Source: a virus
Taxonomy: Duplodnaviria; Heunggongvirae; Uroviricota; Caudoviricetes
Direction: 5' to 3' (one strand)
DNA: 64,000 nucleotides
IMG/VR virus record: IMGVR_UViG_3300012344_000014
Coordinates: 42,581-106,580 of that record
In this document: piece after piece, positions 1-10,509 of the stretch
How positions within the stretch are numbered: position 1 is the first letter of the stretch
Layout: the number at the start of each line of letters is the position of its first letter
Program-made: the position numbers and the translations under genes
The notes under the pieces: model-generated
Database searches by the model: none
The model's input: the letters and a program-made list of their open reading frames with translations, nothing else
What the model was told of the DNA's origin: nothing

Positions 1-204
1 AGCCGGTTCAAGACGAAGATCGACAACGAGAAGCTGGCGTTTCTGGAGGGAGATGAAGAGATCGCCTATATCAGCAACAACAGAATGTATATCACAGAGG
101 CGAACGTGACGAACAAGCTCACGGTAGGCGCGAAGTCGCTGGGCGGCGTATGGGAATGGGAAGCCGTTACCGCGGGTATGGGACTTAAATATAAAAGGAC
201 GTAA
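1..204 (+). CDS. C-terminal fragment of a tail/virion structural protein (5' end outside window)
   Basis: Frame 1 is open from the window edge to TAA 202-204 (...IAYISNNRMYITEANVTNKLTVG...). It directly precedes the fibre module. Confidence 0.5.
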   Translation, partial: SRFKTKIDNEKLAFLEGDEEIAYISNNRMYITEANVTNKLTVGAKSLGGVWEWEAVTAGMGLKYKRT

Positions 205-218
205 AGGAAGTGTAAGGC

Positions 219-1601
219 ATGAGCGTTGAGCAAGAAACCGAGGGTTGGATTAAGGTACAATACGACACCTTAAAACCGGGGGAAAAACAGACAATAACAT
301 TTGGCGGAAACATGAGGTGGCTATATAACCATCTGCGGTTTAATGTCGGCGGAAATGAGTACGACCGGATGTACACACACGACATGGAGGGTATTTTTAC
401 ATTCATCATCCCGGAGACGCTGACGGAATCCTGCTCGGTGCTGGTCACGCTCAGCATTATTGCACCGGACACAGAGCGTACGCTGGCGACGAAGCAAGTC
501 CGGTTCAATGTGGAAGTGCCGCCTAAGGAAGCAGTTACGATCCCCAGCGCTGTATTCGGCATACGGAACCTGAGCGGCGGCGCGGCGGAGCAATGGGAGC
601 TGCAGGACGGTGCGCTTTACTGCATCCGCAAGATGAGCGACGTTGTAGTTACGGCAACATTCAAGGCGGGGTATTACCACTTCGGCGACCTTGCGGTATC
701 GGTGGGGCGCTATTATAAATCCTTCTCGGTCAAATACACGTCCGACGGGGAGCTTGACTCGATACCGGCCTCGTATGATGCGGTGCCGGAAGCATCCCGC
801 AACAGCTGCGTGTATGGCAACAAAACCCAGTTGACCGTGCGCCATGTGTTCGAAAAGATTGACATCTTCGGCGACGAGGTGCGGTGCTACGCGTCGTCTA
901 CAGATTCGGCGAAACGGCGTGTAATAACGGAGGATGTAACGTTCGAAGTTGCCAGCTCCACAACGGGGGTCGATTTCCCAGGGCCATGGACGGGGAAGAC
1001 GCTGAAGGTGCTCGACTACAGTTCGCCCTCGATCTATGACATAAAAGCATACCGAAGCACAGAAGACGGGCTGCCAGACGACGAGAGTAATCACGTGAGC
1101 GCGAGCTGCAGCGTAAACATTTACTCGTTGGGTGAGAAGAACGCGCTGGAGCCGGCGGTAAGCGGCGGGAAAGTGGTGGAAGTCGAATTCCGGACGGTTG
1201 GCGATGAGGCGTGGACGGCGCTGGGCACGCAGGACGTGGATATTACGCAGACCTATGCGGTGGAATACCCAACAACAGAAGACCCTGTGGTGCATGAGGT
1301 GCGGGTTACAGTAAGCGATAAGCTCTCGACAATATCGAAGATCACAACACTTTCCTCGGGTGTATATCCGATTTTCTTCCCAGCCGGCGGGCGCGGGGTA
1401 TCTTTCGGGATGATTGGGAACGAGCAGGACGCGGTGCAGATTTCGGGGGACTGGAAGATGTATCATGGCGTCGGCACGACAAAGCGGGAACTGACGGACG
1501 CGTTCCTCCGAAGCGAAATCTGGACGGGGACGTCGGAGCCTTCTGACAGCTATGTACTGCCGAAAGGCTATCTGTACCTGCAGCTGGACACGGGGGAGTA
1601 A
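219..1601 (+). CDS. hypothetical virion structural protein
   Basis: 460-aa ORF with an AAGGAAG RBS before ATG 219, lying in the tail module. No family recognised. Confidence 0.6.
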   Translation: MSVEQETEGWIKVQYDTLKPGEKQTITFGGNMRWLYNHLRFNVGGNEYDRMYTHDMEGIFTFIIPETLTESCSVLVTLSIIAPDTERTLATKQVRFNVEVPPKEAVTIPSAVFGIRNLSGGAAEQWELQDGALYCIRKMSDVVVTATFKAGYYHFGDLAVSVGRYYKSFSVKYTSDGELDSIPASYDAVPEASRNSCVYGNKTQLTVRHVFEKIDIFGDEVRCYASSTDSAKRRVITEDVTFEVASSTTGVDFPGPWTGKTLKVLDYSSPSIYDIKAYRSTEDGLPDDESNHVSASCSVNIYSLGEKNALEPAVSGGKVVEVEFRTVGDEAWTALGTQDVDITQTYAVEYPTTEDPVVHEVRVTVSDKLSTISKITTLSSGVYPIFFPAGGRGVSFGMIGNEQDAVQISGDWKMYHGVGTTKRELTDAFLRSEIWTGTSEPSDSYVLPKGYLYLQLDTGE

Positions 1602-1606
1602 ACGAG

Positions 1607-2620
1607 ATGGCGCTATATATTGGAAACGCGGACAACAAACCACAATATGTGGCGGGGCTGTTTTACGGCGACGCAAACAACAAACCTGTACGCGTAGTCG
1701 CGGGGTGGATTGGCGACGAAAACAACAAACCCCGGCTGTTCTATTCGCCAAACCTGGAATACACGGTAGACGCTTACGGCGCGGACTGGTGGGGCGGAGA
1801 ATTCTATATTAATATGCTGAACGTGAGCGGTGGCACAGGCCGATACAGATACAAGTTCACGCTGACAGTTGAAGGGAAAGACCCGCTTGTTTACGAATCA
1901 CCGGAGCCGACGCGGGCAACCTCATGCAGCCACACGTTTACGCTGCCGAATGCTGGCACCTATGCGACATGGGAAGCGACAGTTATGGACGCGGCTAACG
2001 CGCATTGTATGGGGAGCCAGAGCGGCCGGTTCGATGTGGTGCGGGTGCCGTTTGTTATGGGGTGTGAGGCGGCACAGATCAACCTTTATGCGAATGGCGT
2101 ATGGAAGGCAACAATTTACAGCAATGTTCTGAAAAACTACGACAGGAACAAAGCGAAAGCCAGCGTCAAAGAAGTAAACGACGACCTGACGGTAGAATGT
2201 TCGATCGATTATTATGACGAGAATTACGCCAGCCCGGAGGTATGGTTTACGGCTGAAAGTCCTGGTACATACAGGTTGGAGTATTTAACGCTTACGACCT
2301 CTAGAGGGGTAACCGCTACGGCTGGTTCTGGCGCGACCATCTCGGTGTACGTCAAATCAAAAACAGTTACCAATGTCGTCAACTTCTATGGTTCGTCTCC
2401 GCAACTTTACTTTAATGCGAACGAGGACACGCCGTCCATGGAATATGTAGACGCGGTATACGGTGTCACCAAGGTCAACAGCAAATGGTATTCTTTCAGC
2501 CATACGCTTGTCTATCAAAACGGTGACCTGTGGGACGGCAGTTATATTGGAACATTGTACTTCCTGGCTTCTGATTTCTACGGCGAGATCATACCCAGCA
2601 TGGACGTATATTACAGTTAA
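1607..2620 (+). CDS. hypothetical structural protein with an N-terminal NNKP triplet repeat
   Basis: 337-aa ORF tightly packed after the previous gene. The motif G(D/N)xxNKP occurs three times in the first 45 aa. Confidence 0.6.
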   Translation: MALYIGNADNKPQYVAGLFYGDANNKPVRVVAGWIGDENNKPRLFYSPNLEYTVDAYGADWWGGEFYINMLNVSGGTGRYRYKFTLTVEGKDPLVYESPEPTRATSCSHTFTLPNAGTYATWEATVMDAANAHCMGSQSGRFDVVRVPFVMGCEAAQINLYANGVWKATIYSNVLKNYDRNKAKASVKEVNDDLTVECSIDYYDENYASPEVWFTAESPGTYRLEYLTLTTSRGVTATAGSGATISVYVKSKTVTNVVNFYGSSPQLYFNANEDTPSMEYVDAVYGVTKVNSKWYSFSHTLVYQNGDLWDGSYIGTLYFLASDFYGEIIPSMDVYYS

Positions 2621-2629
2621 GGAGGGTGA

Positions 2630-3811
2630 ATGGATATGGCAGACAAAATTTCTCTCGGCCGCGTTGTGACCGTACCGCGCGGCAAATATGACGCGAGCGC
2701 GGAATACAAAAAATAGGACATTGTGGAATATGAGGGCAACGGTTACATCGTGCTCAAGGACGTGAGCGGCACGGCGCCGACCGGCGCGAACGATGACCCG
2801 AACTATTCGCTTATCAGCCGGCGGGGGGCGACTTATACCCCGTCGGTGGACACAAGCGGGAACCTTACATGGGCAAACAACGCCGAACTGGAGAACCCGA
2901 CGGCGCGCAACATCACGGGGCCGAAGGGCGAACAGGGCGACCCCGGCAAGAACTTTACGATTAAGGGTGTATATGCGACGCTTGCAGCTTTGCAGGCAGG
3001 CGTACCAGCTCCGGCGCAGAGCGACTTCTATGCGGTGGGCACGGCCGGAGCGTATGAAGTTTACATGTGGAACAACAGCGCGTGGCTGAACATGGGATCG
3101 CTTCATGGCCCCGCAGGCCCCGCGTTCATTCCGAGCGTGGATGACGCCGGCAACCTGAGCTGGAGCGCGATTGAAGGCTACACCACGCCGACGACAAAAA
3201 ACATCAAAGGCCCTGCGGGCGACGTATGGAAGCCGACAGTGGCGGCGGATGGCGGAATCAGCTGGACGAAGGACAACACAGCGACTGCGCCGGCGGCTGC
3301 GAACATCAAGGGGCCTCAGGGCATTGCGGGGCCTGCGTTTGTGCCTACGGTGGCGGACGACGGCACGCTGAGCTGGGCACCTATTGACGGTTACACAACA
3401 CCGGCATCGAAAAACATTATGGGGCCGAACAAGATCACGGCGAACACGGCGACCGATTTCCCAAACACATCAGGGACGCAACGTTCCGGCATGCTGCGGG
3501 CGACCGGCGGAAAGGTGACGCTGGCTGTCGCGGGGCTGGATTACGCGGCTCCTCCGACCGTTACATCCATCACCCTGACGGCGGCGGGATGGACAGAGAA
3601 GGCGCAGACCATCAGCACAGGGCTGAGCATGGTGACGGCGAGCAACACAATTATTGTGGAGCCCGCGCCGGCCTCTGTCGCCGTATGGCGGGAGTGCGGA
3701 ATTTATTGTTCTGCACAAGCTGCGGGCAGCCTTACATTCACCTGTGTTGAGGACGCTCCCACGGACGCGGTAACTGTGAACGTCATGGCGATGGACACGA
3801 CGACGGCATAA
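2630..3811 (+). CDS. tail fibre protein 1 (read through in-frame TAG 2714-2716)
   Basis: ATG 2630 after a GGAGGG RBS is in frame with track ORF 2723-3811; only TAG 2714 separates them. Contains a short collagen-like GPKGEQGDPGK stretch. The C-terminal ~70 aa (TLTAAGW...YCSAQAAG.LTF.C) is shared with fibres 2 and 3. Confidence 0.75.
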
Positions 3812-3906
3812 CACGTTGTCTACCGAAACCTGTTTTCGTTCGATAATATACAGAGGGAGGAGTTTTTAATTCCTACCATTTTTTGTAAATCATGGAGGTG
3901 AGAAGC

Positions 3907-4248
3907 ATGTGCGATGATACCTCTGCAATTGAATTTGTGCAGGGCGATTCTGTCGACCGAATTTTTCTGCTGCAGGACGAAGCTGGCGAAGCGGTAGACC
4001 CCACCACAATCGCCGCTGTATATTTTACCTGCCGGGCTGCGAAATTCCAGCAACAGCTTTTTTATGACGAAACCCAGCAGGCATATCTGCTTACGATGAC
4101 ATATGACGATACGCGCGTTATGCCGAAAGGCCGATGGACGTACGACTTGACGGTTGAGTTTGTCGACACAAAACGGCGAACGGCGACGTATAACGGAACT
4201 TTTAATATCTTGCCAAAGATTAATTGTGTTGCTTACGAGGGGGGATAA
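3907..4248 (+). CDS. hypothetical protein
   Basis: GGAGGTG RBS lies 6 nt before ATG 3907, within track ORF 3892-4248. Confidence 0.55.
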   Translation: MCDDTSAIEFVQGDSVDRIFLLQDEAGEAVDPTTIAAVYFTCRAAKFQQQLFYDETQQAYLLTMTYDDTRVMPKGRWTYDLTVEFVDTKRRTATYNGTFNILPKINCVAYEGG

Positions 4249-4250
4249 CT

Positions 4251-4535
4251 ATGGCCGGGTCTACCGACTCTCCGAAGATAACTGTAAGCGTGCGGGAACC
4301 CCCGAAGATCAACGTTGTAATCGGAACCGGCGGGGGCGGCAGTTACACGCTCTTCCCCGCGACCGACAAGACGCTGGGCGGCATCAAAGTGGGCGACGCG
4401 CTTACAATTACGAAAGACGGCGTACTGTCCGTGCTCAGAGCGGACGCCGTGGAAGAAGACAACACGTTGCCCATTACATCCGCGGCGGTGCATACCGAAA
4501 TCGGTAATATTGCCGTTTTGCTATCTACAATATAA
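4251..4535 (+). CDS. hypothetical tail-associated protein
   Basis: GAGGGGGG RBS before ATG 4251, within track ORF 4224-4535. Confidence 0.55.
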   Translation: MAGSTDSPKITVSVREPPKINVVIGTGGGGSYTLFPATDKTLGGIKVGDALTITKDGVLSVLRADAVEEDNTLPITSAAVHTEIGNIAVLLSTI

Positions 4536-4547
4536 GGAGCTGATATT

Positions 4548-5759
4548 ATGCCTCAGACCACAATTGCAACTGAGATTGCGCGTATACAGACAGATAGAAA
4601 TACAATCAGAACAAAATAGGTCGACCTTGGCCTTGCAACTTCGACGGCGACGCTGGACGATTTAGCAGCCGCGATTGAGGGGATCGAAAACAGGGGCGCG
4701 GTCAACGCCAGTGTCACTGAAGGCAACACCTATACCATCCCGAAGGGTTATCACAACGGGAGCGGCACCGTCGCGGGCGTTGCGGGCGGCGGCAACTACA
4801 CGCTGCAGGCGAAGAGCATCACGCCCACAAAGAAGGGACAGAACGTCACTTCCGACGACGGGTATTACGGCCTGTCTGCTGTAACCGTCGCGGCGATCCC
4901 CGAAGCTTATCAGGACGTTTCGAGCACAACTGCTGCGGCCGGGAATGTCTTGGCTGGTAAAGTGTTCGTCACGGCGGCGGGCACAGTCACGACCGGTACG
5001 ATGGTCAATAACGGCGCGGTTGCAAAGACATTGGATGCATCGACGACCAGCTATACCGTTCCTGCCGGATACCACAGCGGCGCTGGAAAAGTGCAGATCG
5101 TGACGGAAACCAAGTCTGTCACGCCTGCGGAATCTGCGCAGGACGTCACGCCGACAACCGGTAAGGTGCTGAGCAAGGTAACCGTCGGCGCAATCCCGGC
5201 CAAGTACGCGGACGCGACCGACGTGAGTGTTACGGCCGATAAGCTGCTCAAGGACGAAACCGCAATCGGCTGGGACGCGGAGGCGGAGGCCCCTGTGGCC
5301 GTGACCGGCACCATGCCGAATAACGGGGCTATCTCAAAGACACTGGACACAACGACAGCCAGTTATACCATTGCGAAGGGCTATCACGACGGTACCGGCG
5401 TGATTAAGCTGGTAACGGAAACCAAGTCCGCTACCCCGACCGAATCCACGCAGACAATTTCCCCGACAGCCGGCAAAGTACTTTCGAGCGTCACTGTGAA
5501 TCGTATTCCGACCAAGTACAAGGACGCGACCGGCATGACCGCCACGGCGGCGGGGATGCTGGCGGATACGACGGCGATCGGCTGGGACGCCGCCAAGTCG
5601 CTCCCTGTTGTGCTGACCGGTACAATGGCAAATAATGGCAGCGTTACTACCACCATCGACGGCCTGACGACCACTTCGGTTTCTATCCCTGCCGGTTACA
5701 CGACTGGCGGAACTGTTTCTCTCACTGATGATATTTATACCGCTCTTGCGGCGATTTAA
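4548..5759 (+). CDS. tail protein with ~90-aa tandem repeats (read through in-frame TAG 4617-4619)
   Basis: AAGGAG RBS then ATG 4548. The frame stays open to 5759 apart from TAG 4617. The repeat NNGA..KTLD....SYT.P.GYH.G.G recurs four times, and the first copy lies upstream of track ORF 4950-5759. Confidence 0.75.
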
Positions 5760-5773
5760 GGCGGTGAAATAAG

Positions 5774-7663
5774 ATGGGAAACGTTCAGGGTGAGATTGAT
5801 CGCATTAGCGGCGCGAAGACCACACTGGGTGACTATCTCACCCAGAACGGGGTCAGCGTGGCCGACAGCGACAAGATTGACACGATGGCAAGCAAGCTTT
5901 CGACCGTAACGGCGAAGCAGGATAAGATTACTGCGAAGGGGATCCTTAAAGGGGATGGCGCGGGCACCATCACGGCGGCAGTGGCGGGGACGGATTACCT
6001 GACCCCGCAAGGGAACGCTGCGACGGCGACAAAACTGGCGACAGCCAGAACCATTGCCCTTGGCACCGGCGCGACCGGTACCGCGACAGGCTTTGACGGC
6101 AGTGGGAATATTACGATTCCGGTTACGGCTGTGAAGGAAAAGTATCTGAGCTGGGGCGGGAAAAATATCGTTGGAGATATTGCGCCTGTTGACGCGAGTA
6201 TGAGCGGAATGCTCGGCGCGGTTCGCAGCAATTTCATGAATCCTGCGGGAATTACAGTCGAATATTCCACGGATAGCGGCGTGACTTGGACAGATTATGG
6301 AGCGTCGGATAGTGATAAACGCGCACTTGTTAGCGAGTGTGCTTCTATGCCCAACTTTAAGCTGGGCAAGTACACCGATGGAGCTACGAGAGCAACAGAC
6401 CAGTTAAGGATTACAATTGATGGCGTTGCTGGCGGCGTTTACTTTAGTTTGAAGACGCTTTGTATTTATATGACTACAGGTGGGGCTTCGGGCTGTAAAT
6501 GCAAAGTTGAACACGCTCAGGGTAAAGCAGGTGCAACCGGTTTAAGCGATCTATCTTTTGTTACTGACGGAACTTATGATGTTGCTGGCTGGTCTGGTTG
6601 GAACAGTATTCCTTGCTCGTTAGCATATGGCGGTAAACGTACAAGAACTGATAATTCCAATGCAATCAGATTAACATTTTCTATTACAACGCCATATAGT
6701 CAGAGCCAACAATGCTGTATATATCGCGTTTTGATGCTGGGTACTACTTGCTGGGTTGGAAACAGTAATCAAGCAACATATGGAACGGCCTATCAATTAG
6801 ATGTGAGCCAGAATGTTGTTTTCCCCGCACAAGTTGCCGCCACCAAATTCAAGGGCGCGCTAACGAACGCTCTTAAGATCAACGGCAAAACCTACGACGG
6901 TTCCGCTGCGGTTAACGTGGGCGTTATCGGTGCGGCATACGGCGGCTCGGGGAAGACGACGCTTACGGATAGCGCGAACGCGTTTATAAACGCATTGACC
7001 AGCGGGACTGCAACTCCATCCGACGGAGACTATTATATCAGTCAATGGGCAAATGCGGCAAGCTCAACGGACGTGCAAAAAGCTACGTATGTGCGGCGAC
7101 CGATCAGCTCGCTTTGGACATACATCAAATCCAAAATCCCTTCGTGGGCATTGGCAGCGTCGAAGCCGACCTACACGGCAACCGAAGTGGGCGCTGAAGC
7201 GAGCGGCGCGGTGAGCACGCACAACACCAGCACGTCCGCGCATAGCACGCTGTTCGCGAACAAGGTGGACAAGGTGACCGGCAAGGGACTGTCCAGTAAC
7301 GACTATACGACCTCTGAGAAAGAAAAGCTTGCTGCGATTGAAGCGGGCGCGCAGAAGAACGTACAGGCGGACTGGGCGGCCACCAGCGGCGCAGCCGCCA
7401 TACTGAACAAACCCACCTTGCCCACCGTCGCACAGGCGCAGGTCACGCTGACGGCGGCGGGATGGAGCGGCACTACTCAGACCGTGACTGTATCCGGCGT
7501 GACGGCTGATAACATGGTCATCGTCACCTATGCGCCCGGCAGCCGCGCGGCATGGACGGACGCGGATATTTACTGCTCCGCGCAGGCGGCGAACGCGCTG
7601 GTCTTCACCTGCTCGGATACGCCTACAGAAGACGTGACCGCGAACGTGGCGATCTTCGGCTAA
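5774..7663 (+). CDS. tail fibre protein 2
   Basis: 629-aa ORF. It shares the modules KVTGKGLSSNDYT..EKEKLAAIEAGAQKNVQADW and SKPTYTATEVGAEASGAV.THNTS.SAHSTLF, plus the C-terminal module, with fibre 3. Confidence 0.8.
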   Translation: MGNVQGEIDRISGAKTTLGDYLTQNGVSVADSDKIDTMASKLSTVTAKQDKITAKGILKGDGAGTITAAVAGTDYLTPQGNAATATKLATARTIALGTGATGTATGFDGSGNITIPVTAVKEKYLSWGGKNIVGDIAPVDASMSGMLGAVRSNFMNPAGITVEYSTDSGVTWTDYGASDSDKRALVSECASMPNFKLGKYTDGATRATDQLRITIDGVAGGVYFSLKTLCIYMTTGGASGCKCKVEHAQGKAGATGLSDLSFVTDGTYDVAGWSGWNSIPCSLAYGGKRTRTDNSNAIRLTFSITTPYSQSQQCCIYRVLMLGTTCWVGNSNQATYGTAYQLDVSQNVVFPAQVAATKFKGALTNALKINGKTYDGSAAVNVGVIGAAYGGSGKTTLTDSANAFINALTSGTATPSDGDYYISQWANAASSTDVQKATYVRRPISSLWTYIKSKIPSWALAASKPTYTATEVGAEASGAVSTHNTSTSAHSTLFANKVDKVTGKGLSSNDYTTSEKEKLAAIEAGAQKNVQADWAATSGAAAILNKPTLPTVAQAQVTLTAAGWSGTTQTVTVSGVTADNMVIVTYAPGSRAAWTDADIYCSAQAANALVFTCSDTPTEDVTANVAIFG

Positions 7664-7676
7664 GGGGGCGGCGCGC

Positions 7677-8765
7677 ATGATCTATAACAGCTCGACAGGC
7701 TCGACCGATATTCTGGTCTGGCAGAGCGTCGAAATCACCACCCCGCCCACGCGGACGACGTATAACATTGATGAAGCGTTCGACCCGGCGGGAATGGTCG
7801 TTTCGCTCGTTTTTGCGGACGGCACGCGCATCGCAACGAACGCCTATACCGTCTCGCCTGCCACGCTCACGCTGGAAACCACGGCCGTCACGCTGACGGT
7901 CTCCTTCGGTGGAGGGACAAAAACCGTCACGCAGGCCGTGACGGTGCAGGAAAAGAAGTCGATGAGCTATTCCGGCGCGCACACGGTGAAGGAAATCACC
8001 GTCGGTGGCGTGACGTACACGCAGTACACAATTACCGGTTCCGGAACGCTGACCGTCGAAGGTACGTACAACGACGCTGCGATATGGCTCTGCGGAGGCG
8101 GGGCAAACGGAACCACTCCGCAATATTCCGGAGGGCCTGGCGGCGCGGGCGCATACTGCGCGCAAGCAGACAATCAAACACTGCATGGAACTTATGTGAT
8201 TACAATTGGGGCCGCATCCGCCGCTACTTCATTTGGAGATCTATTGAGTGTCGCGGCTGTGTCTGGTGCGAGCGGAGGTACGGGCGGCGGAAGCTCAGGC
8301 GGCGAGGTCTACTGGGCAACTCAATATGAAACATCGGAGAGGCTGTGGTATAACCAGGGTGCTGGTGATAAAGTTGCAAAATATCCATTTTCTGATACAG
8401 CCAGTTTCCAGCCCCACTGCGCGGGAGGAGGCGGCGGTGCGTATTATCAGCGGACTCCCTCTCAGGACTTTGGGGCTACAGGTGGTGCAGGCGGCACAAA
8501 CGGCGAATCTGGCAAAACAGGCAGCCTGGTGTCTTACTCTGGAATTGGTAGCTTCTATGGAGGGAGTGGCGGGAGTCGCGGCGGCGGTAGCGGAGGGTCT
8601 TCAGGCAAATCAGTTGATGCGTCCGCTGGTGGCAATGCAACGTTCTACGGCTCTGGAGGTGGTGGTGGCGGATACTATGAAGCGACAGCGATAGGCGCCG
8701 CAACACAGAAGAAATCCGGCGGCGCTGGCTATCAGGGCATCGTTTACATCCGCGTGCCCGCTTAA
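7677..8765 (+). CDS. glycine-rich protein, paralogue 1 (N-terminal Ig-like domain)
   Basis: 362-aa ORF. The N-terminus resembles bacterial Ig-like repeats (ITTPPTRTTYNIDEAFDPAGMVV). It has the core WLCGGGANG and long GGxGG tracts, and ends GYQGIVYIRVP like paralogues 2 and 3. Confidence 0.75.
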   Translation: MIYNSSTGSTDILVWQSVEITTPPTRTTYNIDEAFDPAGMVVSLVFADGTRIATNAYTVSPATLTLETTAVTLTVSFGGGTKTVTQAVTVQEKKSMSYSGAHTVKEITVGGVTYTQYTITGSGTLTVEGTYNDAAIWLCGGGANGTTPQYSGGPGGAGAYCAQADNQTLHGTYVITIGAASAATSFGDLLSVAAVSGASGGTGGGSSGGEVYWATQYETSERLWYNQGAGDKVAKYPFSDTASFQPHCAGGGGGAYYQRTPSQDFGATGGAGGTNGESGKTGSLVSYSGIGSFYGGSGGSRGGGSGGSSGKSVDASAGGNATFYGSGGGGGGYYEATAIGAATQKKSGGAGYQGIVYIRVPA

Positions 8766-8789
8766 ACATAAGGGATAAAGGGTGATTTT

Positions 8790-9608
8790 ATGATTTTCAA
8801 CAGAATGATCGGCGGCGGCGGGAAAGCGACGATAACATACAGCGGAACCCACACGACCGAAAGCTATACATTAAACGGGCAGACCTATACGTAGTATAAA
8901 ATTACCGGCTCGGGTACATTAACCGTCAAAGGCAAAGCGAAAGGCGTCAAGGTGTGGCTTTGCGGAGGTGGGGCAAACGGATTGGGTGGAGATGCTTCTG
9001 GTGGCGGGCGTGGCGGCGGCGGAGCGTTTTGTGCTCAGTATGACAGCCAAAAGTTATCCGGCGTATACACGATTGCAATCGCAAGTGGCGGTGGGAACAG
9101 CAGTATAACCACAAACGGGAACGTTGTTTTCTTAGCAAATGGAGCTAGCGGCGCGAACGGCGGCACGGGCGGCGGCGGCTCGGACGGCACTGGCGGCACG
9201 GGTGACGGAGTGACGAAGTATCCGTTCAGTGATTCCACCACTTTTCAATGTCATTGCGCGGGAGGCGGCGGCGGTTCAGGTAAGTATGTCACAAACTATG
9301 ATTGGGATAACTACACAGAATATTCTAATGTAGCTTACGCCGGGAATGGCGGTTCCAACGGCGCGGCAGGCGGTAAAGGCTCGTCACCCGTAACTTACAG
9401 CGCACGTAATGCTCCCGGAGGAAGCGTCGGCGGCGGAACCGGTGGCTCTAAGTCCGCGGGAAGCGCTGCGACGTTCTATGGGAGCGGTGGAGGTGGCGGC
9501 GGGAGCGAAGATTATTCCATTTCGCACGACCCCGGCTACGCAAACCGGAGTTACAGCGGCGGTTCCGGCTACCAAGGCATTGTATACTTACTCGTTCCAA
9601 TTGAATAA
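8790..9608 (+). CDS. glycine-rich protein, paralogue 2 (read through in-frame TAG 8892-8894)
   Basis: ATG 8790 is in frame with track ORF 8952-9608. The segment TYT-TAG-YKITGSGTLTV aligns with TYTQYTITGSGTLTV of paralogue 1. Confidence 0.75.
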
Positions 9609-9625
9609 CAGGAGGATATAAAGGA

Positions 9626-9886
9626 ATGAAATTTGCAGTTTTATCGACGGACCATACGATGGTTGAAAATGTAATTGTGGCGCGCGAAGACCAGCAAAGT
9701 GAGCTGCAGATCGCGCTGGGGCGCGTACTGATCGACGCAGGGCCTCTTGGCTTGACGGTCGGTGATCTTTTTAACGGCAGTGCTTGGACGCGCAATATAG
9801 AAGGGGAACAGGTCACGCTGCCCATCGGCGACAGCGCGGCTGTCACGGAAGCAATTGCAATTCTGGAAGGAGCGGATGACGAATGA
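9626..9886 (+). CDS. hypothetical protein
   Basis: 86-aa ORF with an AGGAGGA RBS. Confidence 0.5.
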   Translation: MKFAVLSTDHTMVENVIVAREDQQSELQIALGRVLIDAGPLGLTVGDLFNGSAWTRNIEGEQVTLPIGDSAAVTEAIAILEGADDE

Positions 9887-10488
9887 ATATGAGCGAAAGC
9901 CAGCGAACCAAACTGAAAGCAATTCGAGCGGCGATGGACGGCGGCGTAACGCTTGCGGCGGCGCAGGGCGCAGTTGAAATTAACGCCGTAGTAGAAATGA
10001 TCCGCCCTTGGAAGGCGGGCGCATATGCAGTAGGCGATGTTCGAGTTTATGCAGGCGTCCCGTACAAGTGCGTGCAGGCGCATGACTCGACCGAAAACAC
10101 GGACTGGACCCCGGATAAATACCCGGCGCTGTGGATGCAGTATCATGGCACATCCAAGGAGACGGCGCGGGCATGGGTTGCCCCGACCGGCGAGCAGGAT
10201 ATGTACCGCAAGGGCGAATGGATGATCTTCACGGACGGTAAGTATTACGAGTGCCTGACCGACACGAACTACAGCCCCACCGATCTGGCGAGTACATGGA
10301 AAGCAGACGGAGAAGAAACCGGAACCGAAACCGACGAATGGCCTGCGTTTGTTCAGCCGACCGGGGCACACGACGCATACAAGACCGGCGACAAGATAAC
10401 ATTCAATGGCAAGCATTACATCTGCAAGATGGACGGCTGTACCTATTCTCCGACCGACTACCCGGACGGCTGGACGGAACAGGCATAA
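9883..10488 (+). CDS. putative carbohydrate-binding protein (three CBM5/12-like repeats)
   Basis: The pattern W/Y-K-x-G-x(5-9)-Y-x-C-x(5-10)-W/Y-x-P occurs three times (e.g. WKAGAYAVGDVRVYAGVPYKCVQAH...WTPDKYPALW). Family assignment is from memory. Confidence 0.55.
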   Translation: MNMSESQRTKLKAIRAAMDGGVTLAAAQGAVEINAVVEMIRPWKAGAYAVGDVRVYAGVPYKCVQAHDSTENTDWTPDKYPALWMQYHGTSKETARAWVAPTGEQDMYRKGEWMIFTDGKYYECLTDTNYSPTDLASTWKADGEETGTETDEWPAFVQPTGAHDAYKTGDKITFNGKHYICKMDGCTYSPTDYPDGWTEQA

Positions 10489-10509
10489 CAAACAGCGGAG
10501 GCGAGGCGG

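Noticed and set aside
321-1751. Long antisense or alternative-frame track ORFs, e.g. 321-1751(-), 2357-3106(-), 9448-10974(-), 25068-26741(+), 31316-32323(+), 32596-33702(+), 38821-40218(+), 39879-41651(+), 47898-48923(+), 51028-52680(+), 62431-63525(+)
   Set aside because: They lie opposite or out of frame to genes with clear homology. They have Arg/Pro/Gly-rich, low-complexity translations typical of shadow ORFs in GC-rich coding DNA, and they lack RBSs.
8100-9600. Repetitive GGC/GGT-rich tracts and the collagen G-X-Y tracts (10966-11500) as possible CRISPR or tandem non-coding repeats
   Set aside because: They are in-frame coding repeats (Gly-rich and collagen-like proteins). There is no repeat-spacer periodicity and there are no cas genes other than a stand-alone Cas4-like nuclease.
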